Positions 11,784 through 21,567 of a stretch of 64,000 nucleotides of DNA are shown piece by piece. Numbering within the stretch: position 1 is the stretch's first letter; every line of letters begins with the position of its first letter. Where the stretch lies: positions 704,001 to 768,000 of the forward strand of contig CAVZJB010000016.1 in NCBI GenBank assembly GCA_963775425.1. Reading direction: 5' to 3'. This stretch comes from an uncultured delta proteobacterium. Lineage in GTDB: Bacteria; Myxococcota; UBA727; VGSZ01. The position numbers and the translations under genes were made by a program. The notes under the pieces were generated by a model. The model had not been told where the DNA came from. It ran no database searches and was given only the letters and a program-made list of their open reading frames with translations.

Positions 11784-12836
11784 ATGTTTCACGGGATGAG
11801 CGCCCTGCAGGTGGCGATTTCCATCGTCGGCGTCGGCGTCCTCATCGCCTGGCACGAGTTCGGCCACTACGTCGTCGCGCGGCTGCTGGGCGTGCGCGTG
11901 CTGCGCTACTCCATCGGCTTCGGACCGCGCTTGTGGCGGCTCGGCTTCCGGCGCAAGGACATCGACTACCAGATCGGCGTCGTCCCCATCGGCGGCTTCG
12001 TCCAGATGAAGGGCATGACGCCGCTCGAGGAGGGCGCCGTCGGCGACCCCAGGAGCTTCATCATGCGCCCCCGCTGGGTGCGCTTCCTCGTGCTCGCCGC
12101 CGGCCCCGGCTTCAACTACCTGATGGGCGCCGCGCTCTTCTTCCTCTACCTCGTCCTGTACCCCTCGCCGCTGGCAACCACCACGGTGCAGGTCGGCGTG
12201 GTCGCGGGCGCCCCCGCCGCCGCGGCCGGCGTCGAGGACGGCGACTTCATCGTCGACGTCGACGGTGAGCACTTCGACTCCGTGGGCGAGTTCAAGCAGC
12301 TCATCGGCAAAAAGAACGGCGCGCCCGTCACCCTCGACATCCTGCGCGGCACCGACCAGCGCGTCGCCATCCCGGTGACGCCGGCGCCGCTCGGCGACGG
12401 CTTCGTGATCGGCGTGGAGCCCGAGGTGCGCTACCCCGCCGCCAGCCTCGGCCTCACCGCCGCGGCCACGCTCGTGTGGTGCAAGGACGCCACCGTCAGC
12501 GAGCTGTCCGCCATCGGCGCGCTGTTCCGCCGGGAGCCGGGCGTCCAGCTCCAAAGCCCGGTGAAGATCGTGTCCCAGATGAAGGACGAGATCGCGCGCG
12601 GCGGCGGCTTCTTCCTGCGCTTCCTGGCGCTGCTGTCGGTGAGCATCGGCCTGTTCAACCTGCTCCCGGTGCCGGCGCTCGACGGCATCAAGATGCTGTT
12701 CCTGACCGTCGAGGGTGCCATTCGCAGAAACCTCCACGCGGGCTTCCAGGTCTGGGTGAACGCGCTCGGCCTCCTGGCGCTCCTCGGGCTCATGGTCGTG
12801 CTCATGGTGCGAGACGCCTGGGGCCTCATCGGTTGA
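11784..12836 (+). CDS. rseP: RIP metalloprotease RseP (M50 with PDZ)
   Basis: HEFGH, GFGP, AGPGFN, NLLPVPALDG. Confidence 0.9.
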   Translation: MFHGMSALQVAISIVGVGVLIAWHEFGHYVVARLLGVRVLRYSIGFGPRLWRLGFRRKDIDYQIGVVPIGGFVQMKGMTPLEEGAVGDPRSFIMRPRWVRFLVLAAGPGFNYLMGAALFFLYLVLYPSPLATTTVQVGVVAGAPAAAAGVEDGDFIVDVDGEHFDSVGEFKQLIGKKNGAPVTLDILRGTDQRVAIPVTPAPLGDGFVIGVEPEVRYPAASLGLTAAATLVWCKDATVSELSAIGALFRREPGVQLQSPVKIVSQMKDEIARGGGFFLRFLALLSVSIGLFNLLPVPALDGIKMLFLTVEGAIRRNLHAGFQVWVNALGLLALLGLMVVLMVRDAWGLIG

Positions 12837-12837
12837 C

Positions 12838-13323
12838 TCAGGCGCTGGTCGGGCGCTGCGCGAGCCGCGCCTGCCGCCGGGCGAGCGCTTCGCGGGCGCG
12901 GCGTCGGTCCTCGTCGGTCTCGAGGATGAGCGCCGGCACCGACGTGGGCTTGCCGTGCGCGTCGAGCGCGACGAAGGTGGCGTAGGCCTTCATGGCCTTG
13001 TTGACCTCGCCGGTGAGGGGATCCTCGCTCCACACGGAGACGCCGCACTCCATCGACGTCCTGAAGGTGGCGTTCACCTGGCCGCGCAGGATGACGATGT
13101 GACCCTGGCGGATGGGCAGGAGGAACTGCAGCGCGTCGATGGCCGCGGTGACGACGACGCTCCGGCAGTGTCTCTGGGCCGCGATGGCGGCGCAGATGTC
13201 GATCCAGCCGGCGATCTGACCCCCGAAGATGTTGCCGAGCGAGTTGGAGAATTCAGGCAGCACGTGCTCGGTCATCTCCACGCGCGAGCGGGCGACGGAA
13301 TGAAGTGGAGCGTCCGAGAGCAT
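12838..13323 (-). CDS. Acyl-CoA thioesterase (YciA/hotdog family)
   Basis: NSLGNIFGGQIAGWID, VVTAAID, FRTSME, TFVALD. Confidence 0.9.
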   Translation of the reverse strand: MLSDAPLHSVARSRVEMTEHVLPEFSNSLGNIFGGQIAGWIDICAAIAAQRHCRSVVVTAAIDALQFLLPIRQGHIVILRGQVNATFRTSMECGVSVWSEDPLTGEVNKAMKAYATFVALDAHGKPTSVPALILETDEDRRRAREALARRQARLAQRPTSA

Positions 13324-13366
13324 GCCGCACCATAGCGGCGCTCCCGCGCCCGGGTACACTCGGGGC

Positions 13367-14129
13367 GTGCGCCGCGCGGCCCTCCTGGTCCTGGTGATCG
13401 CGGGCGCCGCGTGCGGGAGGCCCGCCGGCCTCGCCTCCATCCCGGTCGCCCGCGCCACGCTCAGTGAGCTGAGCCTGGGCAAGCTCGCCGTCACCGCCGG
13501 CGGCGAGGTCGGCGGCGCCCGGCTGCACATCGAGGAGCCCGACGGCACCACGCACGAGGCCGGGCTCACCGCGAGCGGCGCCCTCGCCGGGCCCGCGTTC
13601 GGCATGGGCTTCACGCTCCTCGACGGCGACGGCGAGTATGACCTCTCCGCCGTCGACGACCCTCACGGCGACGACCTCATCGGTCCCTTCGACGGCTTCA
13701 CCGCCGACGGCGCCATGTTCGCCGGCGCCGGCTTCCACTCGCTCGAGAACGACCGCCACGCCGTGGTGAAGATCGGCGGCTTCGAGCTCGACCTGGGCAT
13801 CGATTCTGTTCGCCGGCGAGGAGTGGGTCACGTTCGATGTGTCCGCGGAAGATTGCGGCAACAACCTCGACGACGACGGCGACGGAGACGTCGACTGCGC
13901 CGACAGCGACTGCGCCTGCGTCGAGCAGGACTGCGAAGACGGCGTCGACAACGACCTCGACGGCGCCGTCGACTGCGACGACCCCGACTGCGCCCAGGTG
14001 TTCGCGTGCGAGCGGCGCACGGACGCGGGCGTCGTCGACGCCGGCGACCTCGACGGGGGCGACCTCGACGCCGGTGACGCCGACGCGGGCGTCGTCGACG
14101 CGGGCGACGCCGACGCGGGTGGCGCATGA
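13367..14129 (+). CDS. Lipoprotein with EipA/DUF1134-like domain plus Cys/Asp-rich putative metal-binding repeats; apparent +1 frameshift at ~13804
   Basis: AGAAC lipobox; removing one T joins LGID to LFAGEEW, matching FSLYAGHLW in the downstream paralogue; DDDGDGDVDCADSDC-type repeats; DAG tail. Confidence 0.65.
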
Positions 14130-14614
14130 GGCGCGCGCTCGTCCCCCTGGTGCTGGCGCTGGCGACAGGCTGCGGGCCGGTCGATTTCGCGGACGTCCAG
14201 GTGTCCCAGGCGCGGCTGGTCTCTCTCAGCACGCTCGACGTCACCGTGTTCGGCGGGCTCGGCGGCGGCGACGGGCGCATCAGCCTCGTGGATGTCGACG
14301 GCAACGCGTTTTCTGGCAAGGTCCACGTGAACGTCGGCACCGTGGGCTCCATGCTCGAGCTCGCCATCGAGAGCTTCGACGGCGCGCAGTTCGATCTGGG
14401 CGCAGCGGGCACGGTGACGGCTTCGGACCTGCTCGGCGGCTACGAGGGCTCCCACGACAGCGCGGCGCTGCTGGTGGGCCTGTGCGGCTACGACCTCGAA
14501 AACGATCGGCACGTCAGGCTCGAGGGCGGCGGGGGCCTGGCGGGATTCTCGTTGTACGCGGGGCACTTGTGGGCCGAGATCGAGCCCGCCGGCGACCTCG
14601 AGCCCGCGCCGTAG
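14126..14614 (+). CDS. Lipoprotein, EipA/DUF1134-like, paralogue of the upstream gene
   Basis: LATGC lipobox; shares LENDRH and DL(L/I)GxY/FxG with the upstream protein; ATGA overlap. Confidence 0.7.
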   Translation: MRRALVPLVLALATGCGPVDFADVQVSQARLVSLSTLDVTVFGGLGGGDGRISLVDVDGNAFSGKVHVNVGTVGSMLELAIESFDGAQFDLGAAGTVTASDLLGGYEGSHDSAALLVGLCGYDLENDRHVRLEGGGGLAGFSLYAGHLWAEIEPAGDLEPAP

Positions 14615-14639
14615 CGGCTTGCGCGGCAGCGGGGCGTCT

Positions 14640-14886
14640 GTTACGGGTAGGCAACTCTTTCCGCCCGCTGGCCGGCCGCGGTCCCCCGAAACGGGGAGGC
14701 GCTCGACCTAAGGGCACCGAAGGCCCCGTAACCCCATCATGGGGGCGCTGAAGGCGCACGGACTTCGCGGACGACCTTCCTCACGGGCACCCGCCCGAGC
14801 GACGCACGCCGAAATGATTCGCACGTCGACAACCGGGGAACATCTACCCAGCGAAGCACGGGGTCGCCAACACAAAGGCGTCCTGC
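14640..14886 (+). promoter_or_regulatory. Long structured 5' leader of rne
   Basis: 272-bp intergenic gap in a dense genome containing several hairpins and long-range complements. Confidence 0.45.
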
Positions 14887-17249
14887 ATGCAGAAGCAAAT
14901 GATCATCAACGCGAGCGCATCCGAAGAGATCCGCGTCGCGATCATCGAGGGTGACCGGCTCGTCGACCTCGACATCGACAACACGAGCCGCAGCAAGCAA
15001 AAAGGCAACATCTACAAGGGCATCGTCGCCAACGTCGAGGACAGCCTCGAGGCGGCGTTCATCGAGTTCGGAGACGACAAGCAGGCGTTCCTCGCCCTCT
15101 CCGAGATCAGGCCGAGCCTCTACCCGCCCGAGCTGAAGGGCCAGCGCCGCCCCAAGATCTCCGACGTGCTCAAGCGCGGCCAGGAGATCGTCGTCCAGGT
15201 CACCAAGGACGAGATCGGCAACAAGGGCGCCGCCGTCACCACCTACCTCTCGCTGCCCGGCCGCTACGTCGTGCTCATGCACTCCGACGACAGCGGCGGC
15301 GGCATCTCGCGCAAGATCGACGACGAGCACGCGCGCCGCCGCGCCCGCGACATGCTCAGCCACATCGAGGTGCCCGAGGGCATGGCGGTCATCATCCGCA
15401 CGGCCGGCATGAACCGCCCGATGATCGACCTCTACCGGGACCTCAAGGCCCTGGCCAAGATGTGGGAGCAGATCGATCGCGGCGCCCAGCTCGGGAGGGC
15501 GCCGACGCTCCTGTATCGCGAGCCCGACCTCGTGGTCCGCACCATCCGCGACTACCTCGGGCCCGAGATCGCCAAGGTCGTCATCGACAACGAGGACGAG
15601 TACGAGGAGCTGAAGAGCTACTTCGAGGAGCGCAGCCCCGACGCGCTCGACCTGCTCGAGCACTACACCGGCCGCCAGCCCATCTTCGAGAAGTTCGGCA
15701 TCGAGGGCGAGATCGAGGAGCTGTTCGAGCGACAGGTGAAGCTGCCGTCGGGCGGCTACCTCGTCATCGACCAGACCGAGGCCCTCGTCGCCATCGACGT
15801 GAACTCAGGGCGCTCCACCAAGGAGGTCGACCACGAGGCCACCGTCTACAAGACCAACGTCGAGGCCGTCCGCGAGATCGCGCGGCAGCTCCGGCTGCGC
15901 GACATGGGCGGCATCATCGTCCTCGACCTCATCGACATGGCCAACCGCCGCCACGACCGCGACGTCGAGCGCGCGCTGCGCGACGCGATGCGCGACGACA
16001 AGGCGCGCATCAAGGTCGGCCGCATCTCCGAAAACGGCACGCTCGAGATCACGCGCCAGCGGCTGCGCCAGGCGCACCGCCTCGTCTCGTACACGCCCTG
16101 CGCCCACTGCGCCGGCACCGGCGTCGTGCGCGACCCCAAGGGTCTCGCGCTGTCGGCGTTGCGCCAGCTCTCGAACCGCGTGTCAAAGACCGCACAGCAC
16201 CTCGCCCGCCTCACCGTGCGCGTGCCGGTCGACGTCGCCAACATCATCAACACCACCAAGCGCCGCGAGCTCCTCGAGATGAGCGAGGAGCACCAGTGCG
16301 TCGTCGACGTGCAGGCCGACGTGCGCCTTCAGGCCAGCGAGATCCGCTACGACGAGGAGCGGCGCGGCCGCGCCGGCCTCGACGCCGCGCAGGCCGTGCG
16401 CGATCCCCGCCTCGCCGAGGGTGAGCGCGGGCGGCGCCGCGGCCGCCACCGCCGCGACGACAACACGTCGGCGTTCGCGGGCCAGACCATCCCGCCGCCG
16501 TCCATCGGGCCGCTGCCGCAGTTCCTCGCCGAGGACGAGGCCATCCTCGAGGCCGACAAGCGCGCCGCCGAGGAGGAGGCGCGCCTCGCCGAGCTGAGCG
16601 CCGAGGAGCGCGCGGCGGAGGTCGGCGAGCGCATCAGCGACGACCGCCCCCCGCGCCGGGAGCCGCGCGCGGCGCCCGCCGCCGCCGAGCACTACGACGA
16701 TCCGTTCAGCGAGGCGCTCTTCGGCGCCGCCCCCGCCGTCCCCCTCGAGGCCGCCGAAGCGCCGGCGCCCGAGGGCGACGCCGACGCGGCCGCGGCCGAG
16801 GGCGAGCGCGCGGGCCGTCGCCGTCGACGCCGCCGTCGCGGTCGCGGGCGCGGGCGCGCCGGTGAGGGCGAGGCCGCCGCCGGCGCCGAGGGCAACGAGA
16901 GCGCCGACGAGCACGGCGACGAGCATGACGAGATCGAGGAGCCCGAGGACGCCGAGCGCGCCGCCGCGGAAGGCGACGACGACGAGGGCCGCGGCGACGA
17001 CGACGACGGTCACCTCCGCGAGGCGCCCGCGCCCGTCGAGGCGGCCGCCGCGGACGCGAGGACGACGAGGGCGACGAAGAGGGCAAGGAGGCCGCCGGCG
17101 AGGCCGCGCTCGGGCCCGACGGCAAGCCGCGCCGCCGCCGCCGCTCCCGCCGCGGGGGCCGCGGACGCCGTCGCGAAGGGGCGAGCGAGGGGGCCGCGCC
17201 CGAGGCCGCGCCGCCGCCGAAGGTCGCCGAGCCCGCGCCGACCGAGTAG
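14887..17249 (+). CDS. rne: Ribonuclease E/G with disordered C-terminal tail; one base apparently missing at ~17057
   Basis: GNIYKG S1 domain, IDQTEALVAIDVNSG, RLRDMGGIIVLDLIDM, CAHCAGTG; shifted frame continues the acidic/Arg tail to TAG 17249 and removes a 350-bp antisense overlap. Confidence 0.93.
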
Positions 17250-17297
17250 GTGCGGCACGAGCGGAGGGTCAGAGCGCGCGCCCGCGGCGCGCTCGGC

Positions 17298-17717
17298 TCA
17301 CCAGCGTTCGCCGGGATCCTTGTTGCCGCTGTCGACGAGGGTGGAGCCGGTGGTCATCGAGTTCGCGGCGGCCAGACCGGCCGAGACCTGGGCGCGGAAC
17401 TCGGGCGCCACCGTGGAGAGATCGCGGGACGGGTCCTTCTGGGGCGCGCCGGTGAACGTGGGCTCGTCGTCGCCGAGGAGCTGGCGGGCCCGCTTCCTGC
17501 GGCGGTGCTCATCCTGCTCCTCGGGCGTCCACTCATCGACGCCGGAGAAGCCGAGCGACCGCTTGAGCTTGCCGAGGCCTGATTTGGCACGGCCGACGGC
17601 GCCCTTGGCCGCGCGCCCGACCTGCGCCGCCCCGCCCTTCCCCTGACCGGTCCGAAGCTCGCGCACGGTTTCGCGCATGCCCGAGAGCCCGCGCTGGAGG
17701 AAGTTCTGTTCAGGCAT
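17298..17717 (-). CDS. Hypothetical protein (139 aa)
   Basis: GC3 bias, non-shadow composition, TACACT 7 nt before ATG. Confidence 0.7.
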   Translation of the reverse strand: MPEQNFLQRGLSGMRETVRELRTGQGKGGAAQVGRAAKGAVGRAKSGLGKLKRSLGFSGVDEWTPEEQDEHRRRKRARQLLGDDEPTFTGAPQKDPSRDLSTVAPEFRAQVSAGLAAANSMTTGSTLVDSGNKDPGERW

Positions 17718-17857
17718 GGGGGCCAGTGTAGCAGCCCGGCACCGGCGCTGGCTTGTGCGCGGCGTTACGGGGTGTTTACCCCGCCGATTCCGTGGTCTAG
17801 CAGGCTCGAAAACGGCCGTGTTCCGCCGGCTTACGGGCCTGGCATTCGAGTAGCGTC

Positions 17858-19243
17858 ATGGATATTGGGTTCGTCTTTTTCGGGGTCGCGGCGTTGGCTG
17901 CGATCTATTTCGCCGTGCAGTGGAACTCGCTGCGCCAGTTGAAGGCGCCGGCGCAGAACAACCCCGAGCTCGAAAAGAAGCTCGAGGCTGCGCGGGCCGA
18001 GCTCGTCGCCGCGAAAGAGGAGACCCAGCGGAAGTCCAAGCAGCTCGAGGAGGCGCGCGAGGAGACCAAGAAGAAGCTCCGCCGCGAAGGCAAGAAGGCC
18101 GAGCGCGAAGAGGCGCAGAAGTCCGGCAGCGCGGACCCGCGTGACGTCGAGATCCAGGGGCTCAAGAAGGGCCTCTCCTCCCTCGAGGCCCAGCTCAACG
18201 CCGCCAAGCGCGACGTCGAGAAGGCCACCGCCGAGCTCGATCGCGTTCGCGTGGACGCGCGCGGAGAGACCGAGGGAGCCCACAAGGCCCGCGAAGAGGC
18301 CACCAGCCAGAGGAAGAATCTCGTGGATGAGAACGCCGCTTTGAAGAAGACGCTCGAAGAGCTTCGCACGGCCAAGAAGAAAGACAGCGAGCGCCCCGAC
18401 GTGCCGGGCACCGCGCTCGACCTGAAGAGCCTGCCGCCCGAAGCGGTGCAGGAGCTCGCTCGCTACTTCCGCAAGGGCGAGGAGTTCGAGCGGCTCTACG
18501 CCGTCGCCCAGGGCCAGCTCCAGCTCGCCCAGGATCGCTTCCAGGAGCTGCAGCGGCGCTACTTCGCCGTGTGCCGCGAGCTCGCCCTCGTGGCGGGCGT
18601 CGAGGCCGGCAGCGACGACGAGGCCAAGAAGGCGGCCGAGGGCGTCGTCGCCGGCACCGACCAGGTGGCGCGCGCGGGCACGCCGGCGCCCGCGTCGGCG
18701 GCGGCGGCCCCCGGAGAGGGCGGCGAAAAGAAGAAGCGCCGCCGCCGCCGTCGTCGCAAGAAGACCGGCGCGCCCGGTGAGGGTGCCCAGGCGGGTGCCG
18801 CCGACGAGGCCGGTGACGACGAGGCCGCCGACGACGAGGGCGCCGACGACGAGGGCGCCGAGGGCGAAGAGGGCAGCGCCGCGTCGCCGTCCGAGGGCGC
18901 CCCGACGAGCGCACCGCAGGAGGCCGCGCCCGCCGGCAAGCAGGACGCCCAGGCGGCAGCGCCCCAGGCGGCAGCGCCCCAGGCGGCGGCCCAGACCGAG
19001 GCGGCCCAGACCGAGGCGGCCCAGACCGAGGCGGCCCAGACCGAGGCGGCCCAGACCGAGGTGCCCAAGGCCCACAGCGAGGCGGCCAAGACCGAGGCGC
19101 CGCAGGCTGCGGCGCCCGCGGCCGAGGCCTCGCAGGCCGACGCCGAGCCGCAAAAGGACGCCGCCGCGCCCGAGGGCGAGGCGTCCACGGAGCGGGACAC
19201 CAAGGACGGTGAGGGCTCCACGCCGGCGCCCGTGTCGGCCTGA
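17858..19243 (+). CDS. N-terminally membrane-anchored coiled-coil protein with disordered tail
   Basis: One TM helix, long K/E heptad region, KKKRRRRRRRKK block, acidic and AQTEA repeats. Confidence 0.85.
   Translation: MDIGFVFFGVAALAAIYFAVQWNSLRQLKAPAQNNPELEKKLEAARAELVAAKEETQRKSKQLEEAREETKKKLRREGKKAEREEAQKSGSADPRDVEIQGLKKGLSSLEAQLNAAKRDVEKATAELDRVRVDARGETEGAHKAREEATSQRKNLVDENAALKKTLEELRTAKKKDSERPDVPGTALDLKSLPPEAVQELARYFRKGEEFERLYAVAQGQLQLAQDRFQELQRRYFAVCRELALVAGVEAGSDDEAKKAAEGVVAGTDQVARAGTPAPASAAAAPGEGGEKKKRRRRRRRKKTGAPGEGAQAGAADEAGDDEAADDEGADDEGAEGEEGSAASPSEGAPTSAPQEAAPAGKQDAQAAAPQAAAPQAAAQTEAAQTEAAQTEAAQTEAAQTEVPKAHSEAAKTEAPQAAAPAAEASQADAEPQKDAAAPEGEASTERDTKDGEGSTPAPVSA
18950..19060 (+). 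repeat. In-frame 15-bp tandem repeats
   Basis: caggcggcagcgccc x2 (18950-18979); gcggcccagaccgag x5 perfect (18986-19060). Confidence 0.95.
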
Positions 19244-19291
19244 GCCGGCGACCATGCCGTCGCGCCGCGTCGACGACGAGCGGAGGGTGCC

Positions 19292-19597
19292 GTGATGCAC
19301 GGTTTCCAGGTGGCGCTGCTGGCGTCGCTGCTCGTCGTCGCCGCGGTGCACACCAAGAGCCGGCTGTCCGGCGCCATCGCCGCGAGCGCGTGGTGCGTCG
19401 GCGCCGTCGTCTTCGGCGCCCTCATGTTCCCGTCGCACGGCCCGCTGGTGTTCCTCGGGGTGCGCACGCCGCCCTGGCTCTACTTCGCCTTCCTCGGCGG
19501 GCTCCTCGTGTTCAACCTCGCCGTCGTCGCCCGCGGTATCCGGAGCACGCGGCACCGCGCGCGGGACCCTCACGGCTCGAGGCAGGCGGGCGCGTAA
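19292..19597 (+). CDS. Small membrane protein (3 TM)
   Basis: Hydrophobic 101-aa ORF, SD GGAGG, GC3 bias. Confidence 0.7.
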   Translation: MMHGFQVALLASLLVVAAVHTKSRLSGAIAASAWCVGAVVFGALMFPSHGPLVFLGVRTPPWLYFAFLGGLLVFNLAVVARGIRSTRHRARDPHGSRQAGA

Positions 19598-19642
19598 GGG
19601 GACTGCGCGCGCCACGCCAGCGCGGCCCGCGGGGGCGAACGA

Positions 19643-20653
19643 TCACCGCCGCGCTTTGGTGGCGGGCGCCGGGCACAGCTCGATCACGAGGCGGGCCATC
19701 ACCAGCCACGGGGGCTGCCGCGACCCCTTGAGCAGGCGATCGGACTCGGCGAGGCGCGCGAGCCGCGCGCCGTGGCCCCGCATGTCGAGGGCCTTGGCCG
19801 CCTTCATCGTCGCCGACAGCCGGTCGCCGAAGAGGTTGAGCGCGCGCGCCGGGTCGCCGCCGTCGTCGAGGATGGCGCGGGCGCGCGCGATCTGCCGCAG
19901 TTGCCACGCCAGCAGCCCCACGATGCGCAGCGGCTCCTCGCGCGCCGCCTGCAGCGCCGCCAGCGCCGACAGCGCGCTCCTTGCGTCCTGCACGGCGACG
20001 GCGCGCGCGAAGGCGAAGGCGTCCTCGAGGTGCGTGTCGGCGACGTGCTTTTCGACGAGCCCCGCGGAGACGGCGCCGCCGTCGTCGGCGACGAGCGCCA
20101 GCTTCTCGAGCGCGCGCTCGAGGAGCGTGAGGTCCGCGCCGACCGTGGCCGCGAGCGCGTCGACGGCGTCCCTGTCGAGCTTGAGCCCGTGGCGCTTGGC
20201 GCGCCGCAAGACGTGCGTGGGCATCTCGCGCTCTTTCGGGTGACCGAAGCGGCACAGGAGCGCCTTCTTGTCGACGAGCTTGGGCAGCTTGTCGCGCATG
20301 TCCATATCGCCGAACACGAGCGCCAGCACCGTCTCCGGCGACGGCCGATCCAGGTACTCATCGAGCGCCGACAGCCCCGTCTCCTTGATGTGCTCGGCGT
20401 CGCGCACCTCGACGAGGCGCCGCCGCGCCATCACCGGCAGCGTGCGGCAGAGCGTGGCGATCTCGGGCATGCCGCGCTCGCGCGCGCTCACCCGATCGTG
20501 GTTGAAGTCGGCCATGCCGCCCTCGAGGGCGCGGCGGCGCACGATCGCGAGGGCGTCGTCGACGTACACCCGCTCGGCGCCGCCCATCGCCACCACCGGC
20601 GGCAGCTCACGGCCCTCGATGATCTCGAAGAAGGTGTCGGCGTCCTTGGGCAC
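19643..20653 (-). CDS. holA: DNA polymerase III delta subunit
   Basis: MADFNHDRV, TLPVMARRRLVEV, YLDRPSPETVL, ALEKLAL, DRLLKGS; typical length. Confidence 0.88.
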   Translation of the reverse strand: MPKDADTFFEIIEGRELPPVVAMGGAERVYVDDALAIVRRRALEGGMADFNHDRVSARERGMPEIATLCRTLPVMARRRLVEVRDAEHIKETGLSALDEYLDRPSPETVLALVFGDMDMRDKLPKLVDKKALLCRFGHPKEREMPTHVLRRAKRHGLKLDRDAVDALAATVGADLTLLERALEKLALVADDGGAVSAGLVEKHVADTHLEDAFAFARAVAVQDARSALSALAALQAAREEPLRIVGLLAWQLRQIARARAILDDGGDPARALNLFGDRLSATMKAAKALDMRGHGARLARLAESDRLLKGSRQPPWLVMARLVIELCPAPATKARR

Positions 20654-20760
20654 GCGCCCGCATTGCACGCGCTCGCTCGCATTGCCACACCCCGGGGCGG
20701 CGGACGAGCCGCCGCGCCACGCCGCCCCAGGGATCCCGTCAGCGACAAAAGGACAACGCC

Positions 20761-21540
20761 GTGCTCGTCGACAGCCACACCCACCTCGACGCCGAGCGCT
20801 TCGACGGCGACCGCGCCGCCACCATCGCGCGCGCGCGCGCGGCGGGCGTGGAGCGCATGGTCAACGTGGGCTGCGATCTCCCGTCGTCGGAGCGCTCGCT
20901 CGGCCTCGCCCACACGCACGCCGACATCTTCGCCACCGTCGGCATCCACCCGCACGAAGCCAAGCTCGCCCCCGACGGCTTCGACGACACGCTCGTCGCG
21001 CTCGCCGCCGACCCGCGCTGCGTCGCCGTCGGCGAGTGCGGCCTCGACTACCACTACGACCTGTCGCCGCGCGACGTGCAGCGCGCCGTCTTCGCGCGCC
21101 AGATCGCGGCGGCGCTGCGCGCGCACAAGCCGCTCGTGCTCCACATCCGCCCCAAGGACGGCCGCGACGCCTTCGACGACGCGCTCGAGATCCTCGAGGG
21201 CGAGGGCGCGCGCGACGCCGGCGGCGTCTTTCACTGCTTCACCGGAACCGTGGAGCAGGCCAAGCGCGCGCTCGACCTCGGCTTCTACCTGTCCATGCCC
21301 GGCGTCGTGACCTTCAAGAGCGCGGGCGAGCTCCCCGAGGTGGCGCGCATGGCGCCGGGCGACCGGCTGCTCGTCGAGACCGACGCGCCCTACATGGCGC
21401 CGGTGCCCCACCGCGGCAAACGCAACGAGCCGGCCTTCGTGGCGCTCACCGCGGCGTTCGTGGCCGAGGTGCGCGGCGAAGACCGGCGCGCGTTCGTCGA
21501 GGCGACAGGCGAAAACGCCTGCCGCCTCTTCAGCTTGTGA
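20761..21540 (+). CDS. tatD: TatD family hydrolase/DNase
   Basis: DSHTH, GIHPH, GECGLDY, HCFTG, ETDAPY, GKRNEP. Confidence 0.93.
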   Translation: MLVDSHTHLDAERFDGDRAATIARARAAGVERMVNVGCDLPSSERSLGLAHTHADIFATVGIHPHEAKLAPDGFDDTLVALAADPRCVAVGECGLDYHYDLSPRDVQRAVFARQIAAALRAHKPLVLHIRPKDGRDAFDDALEILEGEGARDAGGVFHCFTGTVEQAKRALDLGFYLSMPGVVTFKSAGELPEVARMAPGDRLLVETDAPYMAPVPHRGKRNEPAFVALTAAFVAEVRGEDRRAFVEATGENACRLFSL

Positions 21541-21567
21541 CGCGACGGGAGGGAGCGCCCGCGTCGT

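Noticed and set aside
17250-17646. Apparent 350-bp overlap between rne and the antisense 139-aa gene
   Set aside because: Explained by a single missing base near 17057; programmed frameshifting not invoked because there is no slippery site
18950-19060. Tandem repeats as a possible CRISPR array
   Set aside because: 15-bp in-frame coding repeats with no spacers and no cas genes
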